Below are positions 22,740 through 32,976 of a stretch of 64,000 nt of DNA, piece after piece; position 1 is the first letter of the stretch, and each line of letters opens with the position of its first letter. Below the pieces are notes generated by a model. It saw only the letters and a program-made list of their open reading frames with translations. It had not been told where the DNA came from and made no database searches. Both the position numbers and the translations under genes were made by a program. The stretch covers positions 1 to 64,000 of the IMG/VR virus record IMGVR_UViG_3300028558_000016. One strand, given 5' to 3'.

Positions 22740-23098
22740 ATATTATATACCCCATCGTGGGATATAGAAAGCATTTGGCCAGCATCAGGGTGATGTAATT
22801 TTTTCCAACCTTTTGCCATTCCATTTTTTGCTATCTGAGAAAAATAAGCGAACGCATTTGGAATTTTACCAATTGCATACATCCTGTCTGGATCAAAGTT
22901 TTTCCAATACTTAAGAAGATCTTCTATCGCCGAAGCAACACAATCTTCTCTATCCATTGGATCTTTATACTTAAGTTTTTTCGACATTTCATTTGCAAGT
23001 CTTATGAACATGTCTACAGCTGCAGGAGTTAATTTTCCAGCTTTTTTAGATTCGACTATTTCTCTAATCAGATCAGAATTCTTTACGTAAATTGCCAT
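22736..23098 (-). CDS. Late-transcription sigma-like factor (T4 gp55-like)
   Basis: YVKNSDLIREI, REDCVASAIEDLLKYWKNFDP, NAFAYFSQIAKN. Confidence 0.7.
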   Translation of the reverse strand: MAIYVKNSDLIREIVESKKAGKLTPAAVDMFIRLANEMSKKLKYKDPMDREDCVASAIEDLLKYWKNFDPDRMYAIGKIPNAFAYFSQIAKNGMAKGWKKLHHPDAGQMLSISHDGVYNI

Positions 23099-23139
23099 CT
23101 TAATTGGATGGTTATTTTTGAGCGAGCTATAAAAGCAAA

Positions 23140-23162
23140 CCCGGATCGTGATGACCCGGGCT
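23140..23162 (-). terminator. Terminator-like hairpin with conserved loop
   Basis: GCCCGG-GTCATCACGAT-CCGGGT then TTGCTTTT; similar to 55377-55400. Confidence 0.55.
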
Positions 23163-23186
23163 CGAACTTTTTAAAAGATGTAAAAA

Positions 23187-26100
23187 TTATTTAGCTTCGT
23201 CGTCGGCTTTAGGCTCAGTAGATTTGTCGTCAACTGGAGCTTGTGCTGCGTCTTCTTTTGGTTCCAAAGTTTTTGCAAACTTTCTAATTTTTTCCTTTGC
23301 ATCTTCAATTGCTTTGCTTCCTTTTGTATTCTCGTCGTTAAGGAAAGTTTCAAGGTCTGCAATCTGCTGTAACACTGCTGCCACTTTAGAATCTGCATCG
23401 TCTCCACCATCCACTGGTTTTGCATCAGCCACGTTTAAATATTTCTTTGGAATTTCATTAACTCCGTCTTTAGGTTCCTTTAATTTGATTGCATCATCAT
23501 CTCCACTTGACGTGTAATTAGCTGCATCTATTTCCACTGTGTCTCCGGCCTTGAAAGGTCCGAGATCGATGGTTAATGTTGCTTGAACAAACATTGCTTC
23601 TTCCTTTTCTGTGTCTTGTCCTTCTTCACCTGGCGTTGCTGTTGTTGCTTCCTCGTTCTCGTATGCTCCAGGAGCTCCCATTCCTTCTTCGCTGTCTGCC
23701 GTAGCAGCATTTGCTGGATCCTCAATAGGTTTTTCGTTGTTTGTAATGTTCTGTTCGATTTCGTCTGCAACGTCTTCAAGATCTCCAAGAGCTCTTTCAA
23801 CTGTTTCACCGCCATCAAGCAGAATTGAAAATTCTTCATCATTTATAGCAGTCACTGTTCCATTCTGTCCGCTAACTTTGTCTTTTACTTTAGAGTCAAC
23901 TCTGATATTCTCAGAGATGGTATTTTTGTTTTCCTTTACTTCTGGTTCTTTATCACCGTCTTTTGCAACAACATCAATCACAACCGCGTCAGCATCTGCT
24001 GGAGCTTCTGATGTTCCAGCCGCAGCCGTTGCATCGTCAGTGTTATCTGCAGTTGGTGTGTTATCGACTGGAGCATCTGCTGGAGCTGCGTCAGTTGAAG
24101 ATGTAGGAATTTCTGCAGAAACTCCGCCAGGAATTACCTGAGCTGTATCTGCACCTGGTGTTAACACAGGAGTAGCTGGAGCTTCTTGACTAATAACATC
24201 TGCTGTTTGCATTGCTGCAGTTCCATTTTGTTGAGTACCTGCTGCACCTACAAAACCTGCATCCATTATTTGAGCGTCACCAGTTGCACCACCTGCATTT
24301 GCATCCATGTGGTCATTTCCTGGAATTCCTGTTGCAGCGGCTTGTGTACCTTCTGCACCAAGCAAACCGTTATCAACTACTGAAGTAGCAGAACCGGCTG
24401 GAGCTGTTGCCATGTTTTCTCCATCTGGAGTTCCTGTTGTATCTGCAGCTGTTGCTGTTCCTTCTGGTGTTGGAGGAGTATCTGTAACTTCTGCGTTTGC
24501 CTCTGGATCAGTATTGTCTGCTGGAGCATCAGTCGCAACGTTTGCTGCTTCTGCATCTTCAACATCATCTGCTGGAGCTGCCTTGTCATCTGCTGGTTCA
24601 GCATCTTCCTTTGGTTCTTCAGTTTCTTCGTCTTTTGGTTCTTCTTCCTCTTCTTCCTCATCATCACCGTTCTTTTCTATAACAGTTTCAAAGTTTTTAA
24701 GCTCATCACTTTTAGATTGCCATTGTGATTTAAGATTATTCAATTCGTTTTCGATCAAGGTTTTTGCATCAGCAATTTCTTTGATGTCAGCGTAAGAAGG
24801 ATCTTCTAAGATTGCTTTTTCAATCTTGTCAAGTTCTGCTTCAAGGATTTGGATGTTAGAAAGGACTGCGTCCATTTCACTTTCCATCATTGCTTTCTTC
24901 TTGAAGTCACCCTCAAGAAATTCTGCTAAGCTCTCAGACATGTTAAAGCTTAAAAATTCTTTAACCAAGTTTACAGTCTGTAAAGCATTTGCAGATACAA
25001 ATGAATTTTCATTCATAGATGGATTAACCTTGTTAATGTAGATCTTTCCGTTTGTTTTGAAAAGATAAGCACCAACTCCTTCAAACACGTTTGATAAAAC
25101 TGCTTTACCGTAATCGATTTCGCAAATGTTATCAAGGTTTTCGTATATGTTCATGGCAACGTTAGCCATGTTAGAAGTGTTTCTAAAAATAGTTTGCTGA
25201 GTGTGGAACATCAACTGAGAACCAAGTGTCGAAGGATCGATTTGTTTCTCGTTAACGAAGATTCTTTTCTCACCATCAAATCTAACCTTAGTGTTACCAA
25301 GATAAATCGTGATGTTTTCGTTTAATACTTTAACGTGTGGGTTGAAGAATGATTCGCATAATTCAAGAAATTCTTTTGGAAGTGCATTGATTTGCGCTTC
25401 TGTAAGTTTTTTGAATTTTCCTTCAGCTGCATGATAGAAGTTAGCACCAGCTTTGAACACTTGACCGTTTGTAGCTGCGTCAACGTGAACTGGAGAAACT
25501 ATTCTCTCAACTGAACAATTAGAATCTTTAACAGGAATGTTGAACTGAGTTCCCTTGCTGTTCTCCATTAACTGTAATCTGTTTGTAAGTTCCTTAACAT
25601 GTGGGTTGAACATGTAAGATTTCATTTCCTTAACAAGCTCGTGAACGCTCTTGTTATCTGAATATAACCATTCTGACATTCTGTTTGTGATGTCAGTGAA
25701 AAATCTCTTGTTGTCAGTAGACTTTATCGCATGGATAGTTTGTTGAACTTCAAGATCAGCTGCTTTTGAATTGATAGATTCTTGAATCTTCACTGTTGCA
25801 GCTTTAACTGTTGGGTCCCATTTGAATGGAGTGATCTGAGAAAGGAAATCACTTACTAATAAAAATTCAGAAGTGTTTTCTAATATAGATGACTCGAATT
25901 TAGCGAGAACATATTTTAAATTAGGGTGGCTTGCGATCTGACTTCCTTTAATTGCTTCGATTGATTCTCTAACGCAATAGTTGTCGATCTTTGATTTCTC
26001 TACAAATTTCTTTGCAGCAACATCATCAAGACCAGAAAGCTTTTCAAGGATAGCAGAATTTTCTGCAGCCTTTGCTTTGTTCTCATTTATAAGAGAGTTC

Positions 26101-26429
26101 TGAACGTGGTTTCCAACGTTAGAAACTTTCTTGTCTCTTCTTGTTGTATCCCAATTGTCAGAAAACCTTTGAGCAGCTTCCCTTGAGATTTGCGCCTCAA
26201 TGTCAGCGATGCTTTTTGAGTGTCCTTCTTTTTCATTTAACAATGAACCAACTTTAGAATCAACGTTAACGTAGTTCTTAAGATTGGTAAAAAGTGATTC
26301 AGCAATCATGTCTGTTGGATTGATGTCCTTGCCATCGGTTTCCTTTAGGAACGACTCGCAAACAGATTTAACCTCTTGCGAAGTAGTATTTTTTAGGAGG
26401 TCCTGGATCTTTTCTTTAAGATTTGCCAT
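23187..26429 (-). CDS. Large virion/prohead-associated protein with acidic low-complexity C-terminal half
   Basis: 1080 aa; late-type motif upstream; coiled coil plus Ala/Thr/Asp/Glu-rich region and a small SH3/KOW-like segment. Function inferred only. Confidence 0.6.
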   Translation of the reverse strand: MANLKEKIQDLLKNTTSQEVKSVCESFLKETDGKDINPTDMIAESLFTNLKNYVNVDSKVGSLLNEKEGHSKSIADIEAQISREAAQRFSDNWDTTRRDKKVSNVGNHVQNSLINENKAKAAENSAILEKLSGLDDVAAKKFVEKSKIDNYCVRESIEAIKGSQIASHPNLKYVLAKFESSILENTSEFLLVSDFLSQITPFKWDPTVKAATVKIQESINSKAADLEVQQTIHAIKSTDNKRFFTDITNRMSEWLYSDNKSVHELVKEMKSYMFNPHVKELTNRLQLMENSKGTQFNIPVKDSNCSVERIVSPVHVDAATNGQVFKAGANFYHAAEGKFKKLTEAQINALPKEFLELCESFFNPHVKVLNENITIYLGNTKVRFDGEKRIFVNEKQIDPSTLGSQLMFHTQQTIFRNTSNMANVAMNIYENLDNICEIDYGKAVLSNVFEGVGAYLFKTNGKIYINKVNPSMNENSFVSANALQTVNLVKEFLSFNMSESLAEFLEGDFKKKAMMESEMDAVLSNIQILEAELDKIEKAILEDPSYADIKEIADAKTLIENELNNLKSQWQSKSDELKNFETVIEKNGDDEEEEEEEPKDEETEEPKEDAEPADDKAAPADDVEDAEAANVATDAPADNTDPEANAEVTDTPPTPEGTATAADTTGTPDGENMATAPAGSATSVVDNGLLGAEGTQAAATGIPGNDHMDANAGGATGDAQIMDAGFVGAAGTQQNGTAAMQTADVISQEAPATPVLTPGADTAQVIPGGVSAEIPTSSTDAAPADAPVDNTPTADNTDDATAAAGTSEAPADADAVVIDVVAKDGDKEPEVKENKNTISENIRVDSKVKDKVSGQNGTVTAINDEEFSILLDGGETVERALGDLEDVADEIEQNITNNEKPIEDPANAATADSEEGMGAPGAYENEEATTATPGEEGQDTEKEEAMFVQATLTIDLGPFKAGDTVEIDAANYTSSGDDDAIKLKEPKDGVNEIPKKYLNVADAKPVDGGDDADSKVAAVLQQIADLETFLNDENTKGSKAIEDAKEKIRKFAKTLEPKEDAAQAPVDDKSTEPKADDEAK

Positions 26430-26453
26430 TTCTGATCGTGTTTATATTTTTAG

Positions 26454-26462
26454 TATATATCC
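26454..26462 (-). promoter_or_regulatory. Putative late promoter (GGATATATA)
   Basis: An RRATATATA motif recurs upstream of genes at 27388-27396, 34661-34669 and 61547-61555. Confidence 0.55.
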
Positions 26463-26489
26463 CCTAAACATTAGATTTTACCTAAAAGT

Positions 26490-27356
26490 TTATGGTTTGT
26501 ATGGTTTTATTGGATCGCCGTTGATGTCATAACCATACGGTCCCTTTAAATCCGGTTTCGGTTTGTTCTCATCCTGTTCAGCCGTTAATCCTGGAGCAGC
26601 TTCCGCGCTAAGTTTAGCAATGTAATCCACACCAGTATGTCCTGAAAGTCCACTAACCGAGAATATCTCATTTCCAATTCCATGGTCCATGACATTTCCT
26701 CTGAATCTCTCAGAAGGCTTGTCAAACACCGGCTGATAAGTCTCCATTTCCAAGGTGAACTTCATCATTATCTTGTTATCCTCACCATAAGAAAACGTCA
26801 CTGGTTTCTCAACGTTATAATCCTGAGAAAAACCAACCTGACACATTACTCTTAATCCCTTGAAATCTATTGCAAATATTGCAACCTTATAAAAGGTATC
26901 TATCGTCTGTTGAATTATTTTCAATGACTCAGTGTAAGTCGAACAAATAACTTCCACATCAAACAACAAGGTCAAAGGTATCGGATTTAAGTAAGCCGAA
27001 TAAGCTTTTAAAGTTCCATCAACTTCTTTATTGTATGTTCCTCTCACGAACTTGCTTGTCAAGGCTGCTGAGTTGATTGTCATCGAGGTCATGTTTATTA
27101 CTCCTCTTGGAACAGGATCAATGTTTCCTTCTGCAAATTGAGGACCGTCGCATTCCTGACCGTTCAATTGGTAGAAATCCTGCATGAACCTCTCATCATT
27201 ATACATGTATGGGAAAAATGGAACAGATACCTCCTGGACTTCGTCTGGACCTATCGTTTGATTGTAAACTATTCTCCTGTTTAGGAGGTTAAGAAGACCG
27301 ACAATTATATTCCTGTAAAGAACATCGTCGGAATTAAATTTCTCGTTGAATGCCAA
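26490..27356 (-). CDS. Tail completion / sheath stabilizer-like protein (T4 gp15-like)
   Basis: IIVGLLNLLN...VSVPF...VPRG...PIPLTLLFDVEV...IIQQTIDTF pattern. Confidence 0.6.
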   Translation of the reverse strand: MAFNEKFNSDDVLYRNIIVGLLNLLNRRIVYNQTIGPDEVQEVSVPFFPYMYNDERFMQDFYQLNGQECDGPQFAEGNIDPVPRGVINMTSMTINSAALTSKFVRGTYNKEVDGTLKAYSAYLNPIPLTLLFDVEVICSTYTESLKIIQQTIDTFYKVAIFAIDFKGLRVMCQVGFSQDYNVEKPVTFSYGEDNKIMMKFTLEMETYQPVFDKPSERFRGNVMDHGIGNEIFSVSGLSGHTGVDYIAKLSAEAAPGLTAEQDENKPKPDLKGPYGYDINGDPIKPYKP

Positions 27357-27387
27357 TGAAATAAGACGTTATTTTGCTCTTCAAATC

Positions 27388-27396
27388 TATATATCT
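27388..27396 (-). promoter_or_regulatory. Putative late promoter (AGATATATA)
   Basis: Recurrent motif about 30 nt upstream of the gp15-like ATG. Confidence 0.5.
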
Positions 27397-29066
27397 CAAG
27401 CTTTTTGGACTATTAGATTTGAAAAGTTATTTTTCTTTTCGATTTCAATTCTGTAATCGAACGTTTCGTTTGGAAGCTGCTGTATGTGTGATATGACAAA
27501 TGTGTTCAAACCGAGATCCTTAGATGTCTTTCCGAGTATCTTAAGTATGCCATATATTCCATCACTATCAACACCATCAAAGATCTCATCGAGGAACAAC
27601 AGGTTAATGCCTGGGAACCTCATCTTCATTAACCTAATGATTGCAATGAGAACAACAAAGTCAACCTTCTTGGTCTCTCCTCTGCTCAACGTGGCAATGC
27701 TTATGTCCTGTCCAAGATGTGTTATGGTCGCATTGAATTCCTCATCAAATATGACCTTGTAATCAAGATGCATCTCAGTCATCAACCTATAAATTTCGCC
27801 GTTCAAAGATGGAAGAATGGTCTTGATGGCCATTTGTTTAAGTCCTTTCTCTCCAAGTATCTCTTCAATTATCTTGTTCCAATTAAGCTTGTCCTCATTC
27901 TTTACCTTGTCAATTGTAGATTGCTTTATTTGATCTTCCATGTTGGTCACAATCTTTTTGATCGATTCCAATTGTTCGTCCTTTGGACCTGACGAAAGAT
28001 TTTTAAGCTCTGCTGAGAACGTGTTTATGTTGAATTTTATCTTAGACTCTTTTTCTATAAGACTTCTTTTTTCAGCATCGATTTCTTTTTCCTTCTCCTT
28101 CATCTCATTGAATGCTTTAGAGCTGTCTTCATAATCCTTGTTGGCAGTTCCCAATGCTGTAAGAAAATCATTCTTTACTGCATGGTGAAAATCTGTTGTT
28201 AAGTCTGATGCGCATGTTGGACATTTAGAATTGTCATACAATTTTAATTTTCCACTTATGTCCTGAACTGAATTGCGACTTGCATAAACCATGCTGTTTA
28301 GTTTATTCATCTCAGTCTTCAATTCTTTTTCCTTGTCAAGGAATTCTTGCATCTTGTTTTTGTGGAATTCCAAAAGATTTTTATACTTCTCAAGATTTGA
28401 AGTAACCTCATTTATTTTATCTCCAGAAACCTCTTGCAACTTCTTAGTTAGATTATCCAACTCATTCATGGAAGATTCAAGAGTCATTGTTTGTGATTGC
28501 ATCGATCTCACAATTGTGTCCAAGTTATCCTTGATCAATTTTGTTTGACCTTTTAAAAGCTCTCTCATTTGGTTAATGATGTGAAAGCCAAATATCTTAT
28601 CGACGATCTTTCTCTTATCATCGTTGCTCATCTTAAGAAAGCTTTTGAAATCATTAATGGAAATTGACACTATGTTATTAAAAACATGAAAAGGAATCTC
28701 TAATAATTCCTCTGTCAAATATTCCCTTGGGCCACGCATGTTTGCCTTGTCGTAAGGAACTCCATCAATCCACAGATTAATGAAGCTTGGATCAACACCG
28801 CTCTCAACAACAACTTCTTTATTCTTTGTTATGAGAGTTATTCTGACCCAAGCTTCTCCATTAATCCTATTTGGAATATCTTTGAGCTTCTTCCCGTCCA
28901 CCTTACCAAACAGACCGAATTTTATTGCTTCGCTTATGGTGGTTTTGCCAAAGCCGTTCTGTCCTACTACATGGAAGAAGCCAGATTGATCCCGAGGGAA
29001 CTCTATTACTTGAACCTTATTGCCGTAACTATTAAAGTTCTTGAATTCTAATTTGAGTATCTGCAT
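27396..29066 (-). CDS. Recombination endonuclease ATPase subunit (gp46 / SbcC-Rad50)
   Basis: FKNFNSYGN, GQNGFGKTT, zinc hook CPTC, LSRGE, LFLDEIFD. Confidence 0.93.
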   Translation of the reverse strand: MQILKLEFKNFNSYGNKVQVIEFPRDQSGFFHVVGQNGFGKTTISEAIKFGLFGKVDGKKLKDIPNRINGEAWVRITLITKNKEVVVESGVDPSFINLWIDGVPYDKANMRGPREYLTEELLEIPFHVFNNIVSISINDFKSFLKMSNDDKRKIVDKIFGFHIINQMRELLKGQTKLIKDNLDTIVRSMQSQTMTLESSMNELDNLTKKLQEVSGDKINEVTSNLEKYKNLLEFHKNKMQEFLDKEKELKTEMNKLNSMVYASRNSVQDISGKLKLYDNSKCPTCASDLTTDFHHAVKNDFLTALGTANKDYEDSSKAFNEMKEKEKEIDAEKRSLIEKESKIKFNINTFSAELKNLSSGPKDEQLESIKKIVTNMEDQIKQSTIDKVKNEDKLNWNKIIEEILGEKGLKQMAIKTILPSLNGEIYRLMTEMHLDYKVIFDEEFNATITHLGQDISIATLSRGETKKVDFVVLIAIIRLMKMRFPGINLLFLDEIFDGVDSDGIYGILKILGKTSKDLGLNTFVISHIQQLPNETFDYRIEIEKKNNFSNLIVQKA

Positions 29067-29076
29067 TTTATTTTTA

Positions 29077-29583
29077 TTAAGAGCCTAACACTTCTCCATC
29101 TTTATCCCATGTAAATTCATTCACAGGTAAATGTTTATTACATCCTGTACAAAATGTGGCACCATAGAATTTTGGATCTCTTGCATAGGTCTCAGACAAT
29201 TCTCTTCCCATTGAAGTTAATGCACCACAACCACCAAAATGTGTTTTCCTGTCAATGATGGCTTGAACTTCTTTTTGAGTGACATATCTCGCATACATGT
29301 GATGACCTTCAGGATATTTAATATAACCGCCATATCCATTTTCTTTGGTGTAATGATCATTCTTTGGATATTCTTCATCGTCGATTTTAATTAATCTACC
29401 AATAAGTCTACCTTCTCCATCTCTTTCTATCTTTGTACCTTGGTGCACATAAGCATCTCTGTGAGGTCTAATAAAACCTTTTGCACGTTCTTCTTCTGAC
29501 AAAATTAAATAGCATGTATTTTGTCCTGTTTCTTTTTGTCCATTCTTTAAGCATGGATCATTTCTATCCGTTGTTAATCCCAT
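29077..29583 (-). CDS. Conserved phage hypothetical protein with CxxC motif
   Basis: GCGALT..SETYARDPKFYGATFCTGC. Confidence 0.65.
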   Translation of the reverse strand: MGLTTDRNDPCLKNGQKETGQNTCYLILSEEERAKGFIRPHRDAYVHQGTKIERDGEGRLIGRLIKIDDEEYPKNDHYTKENGYGGYIKYPEGHHMYARYVTQKEVQAIIDRKTHFGGCGALTSMGRELSETYARDPKFYGATFCTGCNKHLPVNEFTWDKDGEVLGS

Positions 29584-29594
29584 TTTATATTGTT

Positions 29595-30077
29595 TTATTT
29601 TTGTATAACAAGCGAAGCTTTAACTCCAATTGACACTAATTTTTCAATTGCTTTTTCCGCTTCTTTTGTGAATTTTTTTATTTCTTTACTTTCATCAGCG
29701 AATGATAAATAATAATGGTCTTCAGAACCACATCCTTCATAATCCCATTCATCATAGAGATACTTTAATCCCAGTATGGTTTGTGGATCACTTGGCTCAT
29801 TACAAATAATATCTTGAATCAGAGGCAGTATAGCTTTTGTTTTTTCAGAACAATATGCTCCATGTTCATCTATGCTCACATTGCTAAAGCTTTTTAATTC
29901 TTTAATGAAGAATTTAAAAAAGTTTTTATCAAATTTTTCTGAAGAGAATGCATCTTTCAAACGATTCATTTGTTCTTCATCCAAATTTTCTGTTATTAAA
30001 GCTTCTAATTGTTTTACGTTTTCTTTATTCAATTCAATATCCTTATTGAATGTGAAATTCATGTCTCTTGCTGGCAT
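29595..30077 (-). CDS. Hypothetical protein
   Basis: Track ORF runs to 30182; ATG at 30077 follows the gp47 stop directly. Confidence 0.6.
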   Translation of the reverse strand: MPARDMNFTFNKDIELNKENVKQLEALITENLDEEQMNRLKDAFSSEKFDKNFFKFFIKELKSFSNVSIDEHGAYCSEKTKAILPLIQDIICNEPSDPQTILGLKYLYDEWDYEGCGSEDHYYLSFADESKEIKKFTKEAEKAIEKLVSIGVKASLVIQK

Positions 30078-30078
30078 A

Positions 30079-31179
30079 TTACATTTGTTGATAAATTTGT
30101 TGTTCAGTCTTGTGATATAATTTGGAAACAAAGTCATACAGCTTAGTTTTGGTATCGTCTTCGTATGGAAGAGTCTCCACATATTCTTTTGCGAATTTCA
30201 ATAAATCGAAATTTGTATCTTGAAATTCCTCGCTCGTTGGCATCTCATCTTGATCACCAAGCAATGGATGGAAATCTATTCTTCTATAACTGCCATCAAG
30301 AAGATCCATGAAAATATTTATTGGAGCTTTCAATGCTTGTTCTCCATCAATATAAATATCCACAAAATTATTCTTGAACACCTGATTCAATCTGCTTGGA
30401 GACATCTCAATTACATCCGTGAATTTCATCTTAATGAATTTAGGAGAATAATTATTTTCCCAATACGTTTCATTCTCAGTTGTCAAGTCAAGCATCGTCA
30501 CTCCTTTTTGATTTCCGAGATCACTTCTTGTTAATTGATATGGAGAACCAAGCATGTTAACATTCTTAATCTTCTGAGCATAGTGAATGTGTCCTGAGTA
30601 TACAGTCTTAAACACATCGAAGTTATCGATGTTACAACCTTCAGTTATGTCAGTGAACTTATTAAATTTCAATCCTTGTATGTCAGCGTGACACAGCAAA
30701 TAATCGTGACCTTTGCCTGTATTTTCGACGCATTCATTTTCGGCAGCATGGTCTTTTCTCCATGGCATTGCCAAGAATTTCTTCTGACCTATTTGCAAAG
30801 TTTCTGGTTCCTCATATATGAATATGTTTGGAATCCATTTCAATGATTTTAAAGAATTAATCTCATTGCTTGTCTTAGCCCAGATGTCGTGATTTCCAAG
30901 AATTATTATTATTCCATCTTTAAATATCTCTGAAAGCTTTTCAAAAATATTAACTCCCATACAAAGCACTTTTAAATTGATTGCATTCCTGCTATCAAAA
31001 ATATCACCAAGAACAAGAAGAACATCTCCCTGTTGGTAATTCTTTTTTACAAGTGGAATGAAAAACCTATCGAAATAGTTTTCTTGGATGTCCTGCCATT
31101 CTTGTGAATTGGAGCGAACTCCAAAATGCAAGTCAGTAAGCATCCAACATCTTTTTGCATGCGAGAAATCTTTTTTCAT
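30079..31179 (-). CDS. Recombination endonuclease nuclease subunit (gp47 / SbcD-Mre11)
   Basis: TDLHFG, LGDIFD, LGNHD, LCHAD, SGHIH metallophosphoesterase motifs. Confidence 0.93.
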   Translation of the reverse strand: MKKDFSHAKRCWMLTDLHFGVRSNSQEWQDIQENYFDRFFIPLVKKNYQQGDVLLVLGDIFDSRNAINLKVLCMGVNIFEKLSEIFKDGIIIILGNHDIWAKTSNEINSLKSLKWIPNIFIYEEPETLQIGQKKFLAMPWRKDHAAENECVENTGKGHDYLLCHADIQGLKFNKFTDITEGCNIDNFDVFKTVYSGHIHYAQKIKNVNMLGSPYQLTRSDLGNQKGVTMLDLTTENETYWENNYSPKFIKMKFTDVIEMSPSRLNQVFKNNFVDIYIDGEQALKAPINIFMDLLDGSYRRIDFHPLLGDQDEMPTSEEFQDTNFDLLKFAKEYVETLPYEDDTKTKLYDFVSKLYHKTEQQIYQQM

Positions 31180-31821
31180 TTAAAATAGTCTATTAATCTT
31201 CTTCTTGGACAGCATTTTATATTTGTCCTCGAGTTCGTTTATTAATTGTTCCTTCATTTTTAAACCAGCAATTTCATAAACTCTCTCGTAAGAGACGTCC
31301 ATGAATTCAGCAATACAAATAAACATGTCAATCGTTGTGAAATTATTTCCATCAAGTCCCTTGTAAAGGTCATTGAATATGAACGGTTGTAATTCCTTTG
31401 AAAACTTTTTATCAAGCGGAAGATTTCCCCATTGGCTTTCTTTGAAAACTTGAACGGTCATCTCGAGAATTTTCTTCTTCTCCATGTAATCTTCCATGTT
31501 ATAGCAATCATCGAGAATTGAATCAGCATATCCTGTTTCTATCTTGATGTCAGGAAATCTTTCTGGATCGATGTTTCCTGTATTGAAATCATTTCCAAAA
31601 ATCTTATCTCTCTTCTTCTCTTCTTCTTTCTTCTTTACTACTACTTCTACTTTCTTAGGTTCCTTTTTAATTCCAACCATCTCGTCATCGAACACTGCTA
31701 CATTTTTCTTCTTTTTGCCTTTAGGCTTCACCTTTGATGTTTTCTTAGGTATCGCTTTAGGTTCAACCTTCTTCTTCGGAGTCTTTTTCATAGTACATGA
31801 GGTTATTTTCTTTTTATACAA
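31180..31821 (-). CDS. Hypothetical protein
   Basis: 213 aa with Lys-rich N-terminus. Confidence 0.65.
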   Translation of the reverse strand: MYKKKITSCTMKKTPKKKVEPKAIPKKTSKVKPKGKKKKNVAVFDDEMVGIKKEPKKVEVVVKKKEEEKKRDKIFGNDFNTGNIDPERFPDIKIETGYADSILDDCYNMEDYMEKKKILEMTVQVFKESQWGNLPLDKKFSKELQPFIFNDLYKGLDGNNFTTIDMFICIAEFMDVSYERVYEIAGLKMKEQLINELEDKYKMLSKKKINRLF

Positions 31822-31840
31822 AAGGTTAGCTCATTTGTTT

Positions 31841-32395
31841 CTAAGGATTAAGCTCTCCTATTTTAACCAAATACTCAGTTCTGTGCTTGCAAAATGCCTT
31901 TTCGTCAAATTCATAAACTGAATCTTTTGGAAGGTGCGGTTCTATCATGTGTTTTAATATCCTATACCACAAAATTTCTCTTCCAGCCTGTACATCGATT
32001 TCAAATCTTTTTGGGGCATTAGTTCTTATCCAATTTTTAACTTTGTCATCCAATCTAAACATGAATGGAAGTCCTGTTGTTTTTAATGTTGGAAATGCAT
32101 TTAAAAATATCCAGGTTCCATTATCTATGTTATCAAGACAATGTTGAGTTATTTCATCTCCACATTTAACATCAACTTTGAATTCAGCTAAATTAAGACC
32201 AAGAAATCTAAAATCACCATTTACCAAGTTATATTGACGACTTTCATCATCACCCTCAATCACAATAAATCGTAAAATTCCTCCTTTGTTTGGAATTATT
32301 TGTTTTTCAAGAGCCAAACGAAATATTTCTTCGCCAATATTACCTTTTGCTACTCTTTCCTTAAATTCCGGCTTCTTGTTTTCCTTTTCCACCAT
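31841..32395 (-). CDS. Putative PD-(D/E)xK nuclease-like protein
   Basis: GNIGEEIF ... GDFRF ... VDVK arrangement. Confidence 0.45.
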   Translation of the reverse strand: MVEKENKKPEFKERVAKGNIGEEIFRLALEKQIIPNKGGILRFIVIEGDDESRQYNLVNGDFRFLGLNLAEFKVDVKCGDEITQHCLDNIDNGTWIFLNAFPTLKTTGLPFMFRLDDKVKNWIRTNAPKRFEIDVQAGREILWYRILKHMIEPHLPKDSVYEFDEKAFCKHRTEYLVKIGELNP

Positions 32396-32798
32396 GTTCG
32401 ATGTATTGTTTGATTCCTAAAATAAATGCAGTGAAGCTATCGAATTCAATAGCCCAAGATCCTTTTCCTTCTGGCAAATGCCAATCAATAAAACAGTGAA
32501 ACATTGCGTCTTCTTGCATCATTACTTCCACTCTGTGATCTTGACAGAATTTGAATATGTCGTCGAAGTCGAAGTTCTTCTTAGCATCTAAGAAACTCAT
32601 TGCTCTAATGTACTCCCTGTACTTCTCAGCATCTCCAGGCATTACCTGAGGTGTATCATTGGCTTTATCAAGCTCTTCAGCTTCTTTTCCATCTTGAATT
32701 ATAGACTCAAGACTTATTCCGCATTTATAACAAATGTACATTCCTTGTTTGTCATTTGTCAATTCATGCTTGCATACATTAATATTCGACTCTTCCAT
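32361..32798 (-). CDS. Hypothetical protein with N-terminal Zn-ribbon-like motif
   Basis: CKH...CYKCG. Confidence 0.55.
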   Translation of the reverse strand: MEESNINVCKHELTNDKQGMYICYKCGISLESIIQDGKEAEELDKANDTPQVMPGDAEKYREYIRAMSFLDAKKNFDFDDIFKFCQDHRVEVMMQEDAMFHCFIDWHLPEGKGSWAIEFDSFTAFILGIKQYIEHGGKGKQEAGI

Positions 32799-32961
32799 GA
32801 AGCAAATAGGTTAGTGGGTTCTTAAATATGTTCAAAATTCTTCTTCCTAAAGAATTTTTTGAAATTATGGTCACTCCTGTTTTGTTTGGAGAAGTTCCAA
32901 ATTTAGTTTCTGTTTGAGGATATTGTTCCTCGTGCTCAGGTAAAATGTGTTTATGTTCCAT
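32779..32961 (-). CDS. Hypothetical protein
   Basis: 60 aa ORF. Confidence 0.5.
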   Translation of the reverse strand: MEHKHILPEHEEQYPQTETKFGTSPNKTGVTIISKNSLGRRILNIFKNPLTYLLHGRVEY

Positions 32962-32976
32962 AGTGTTATAGTTAAA

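Noticed and set aside
23224-24795. Long plus-strand ORFs opposite the 1080-aa gene and similar antisense ORFs across the window
   Set aside because: They are shadows of low-complexity or biased-codon minus-strand genes.
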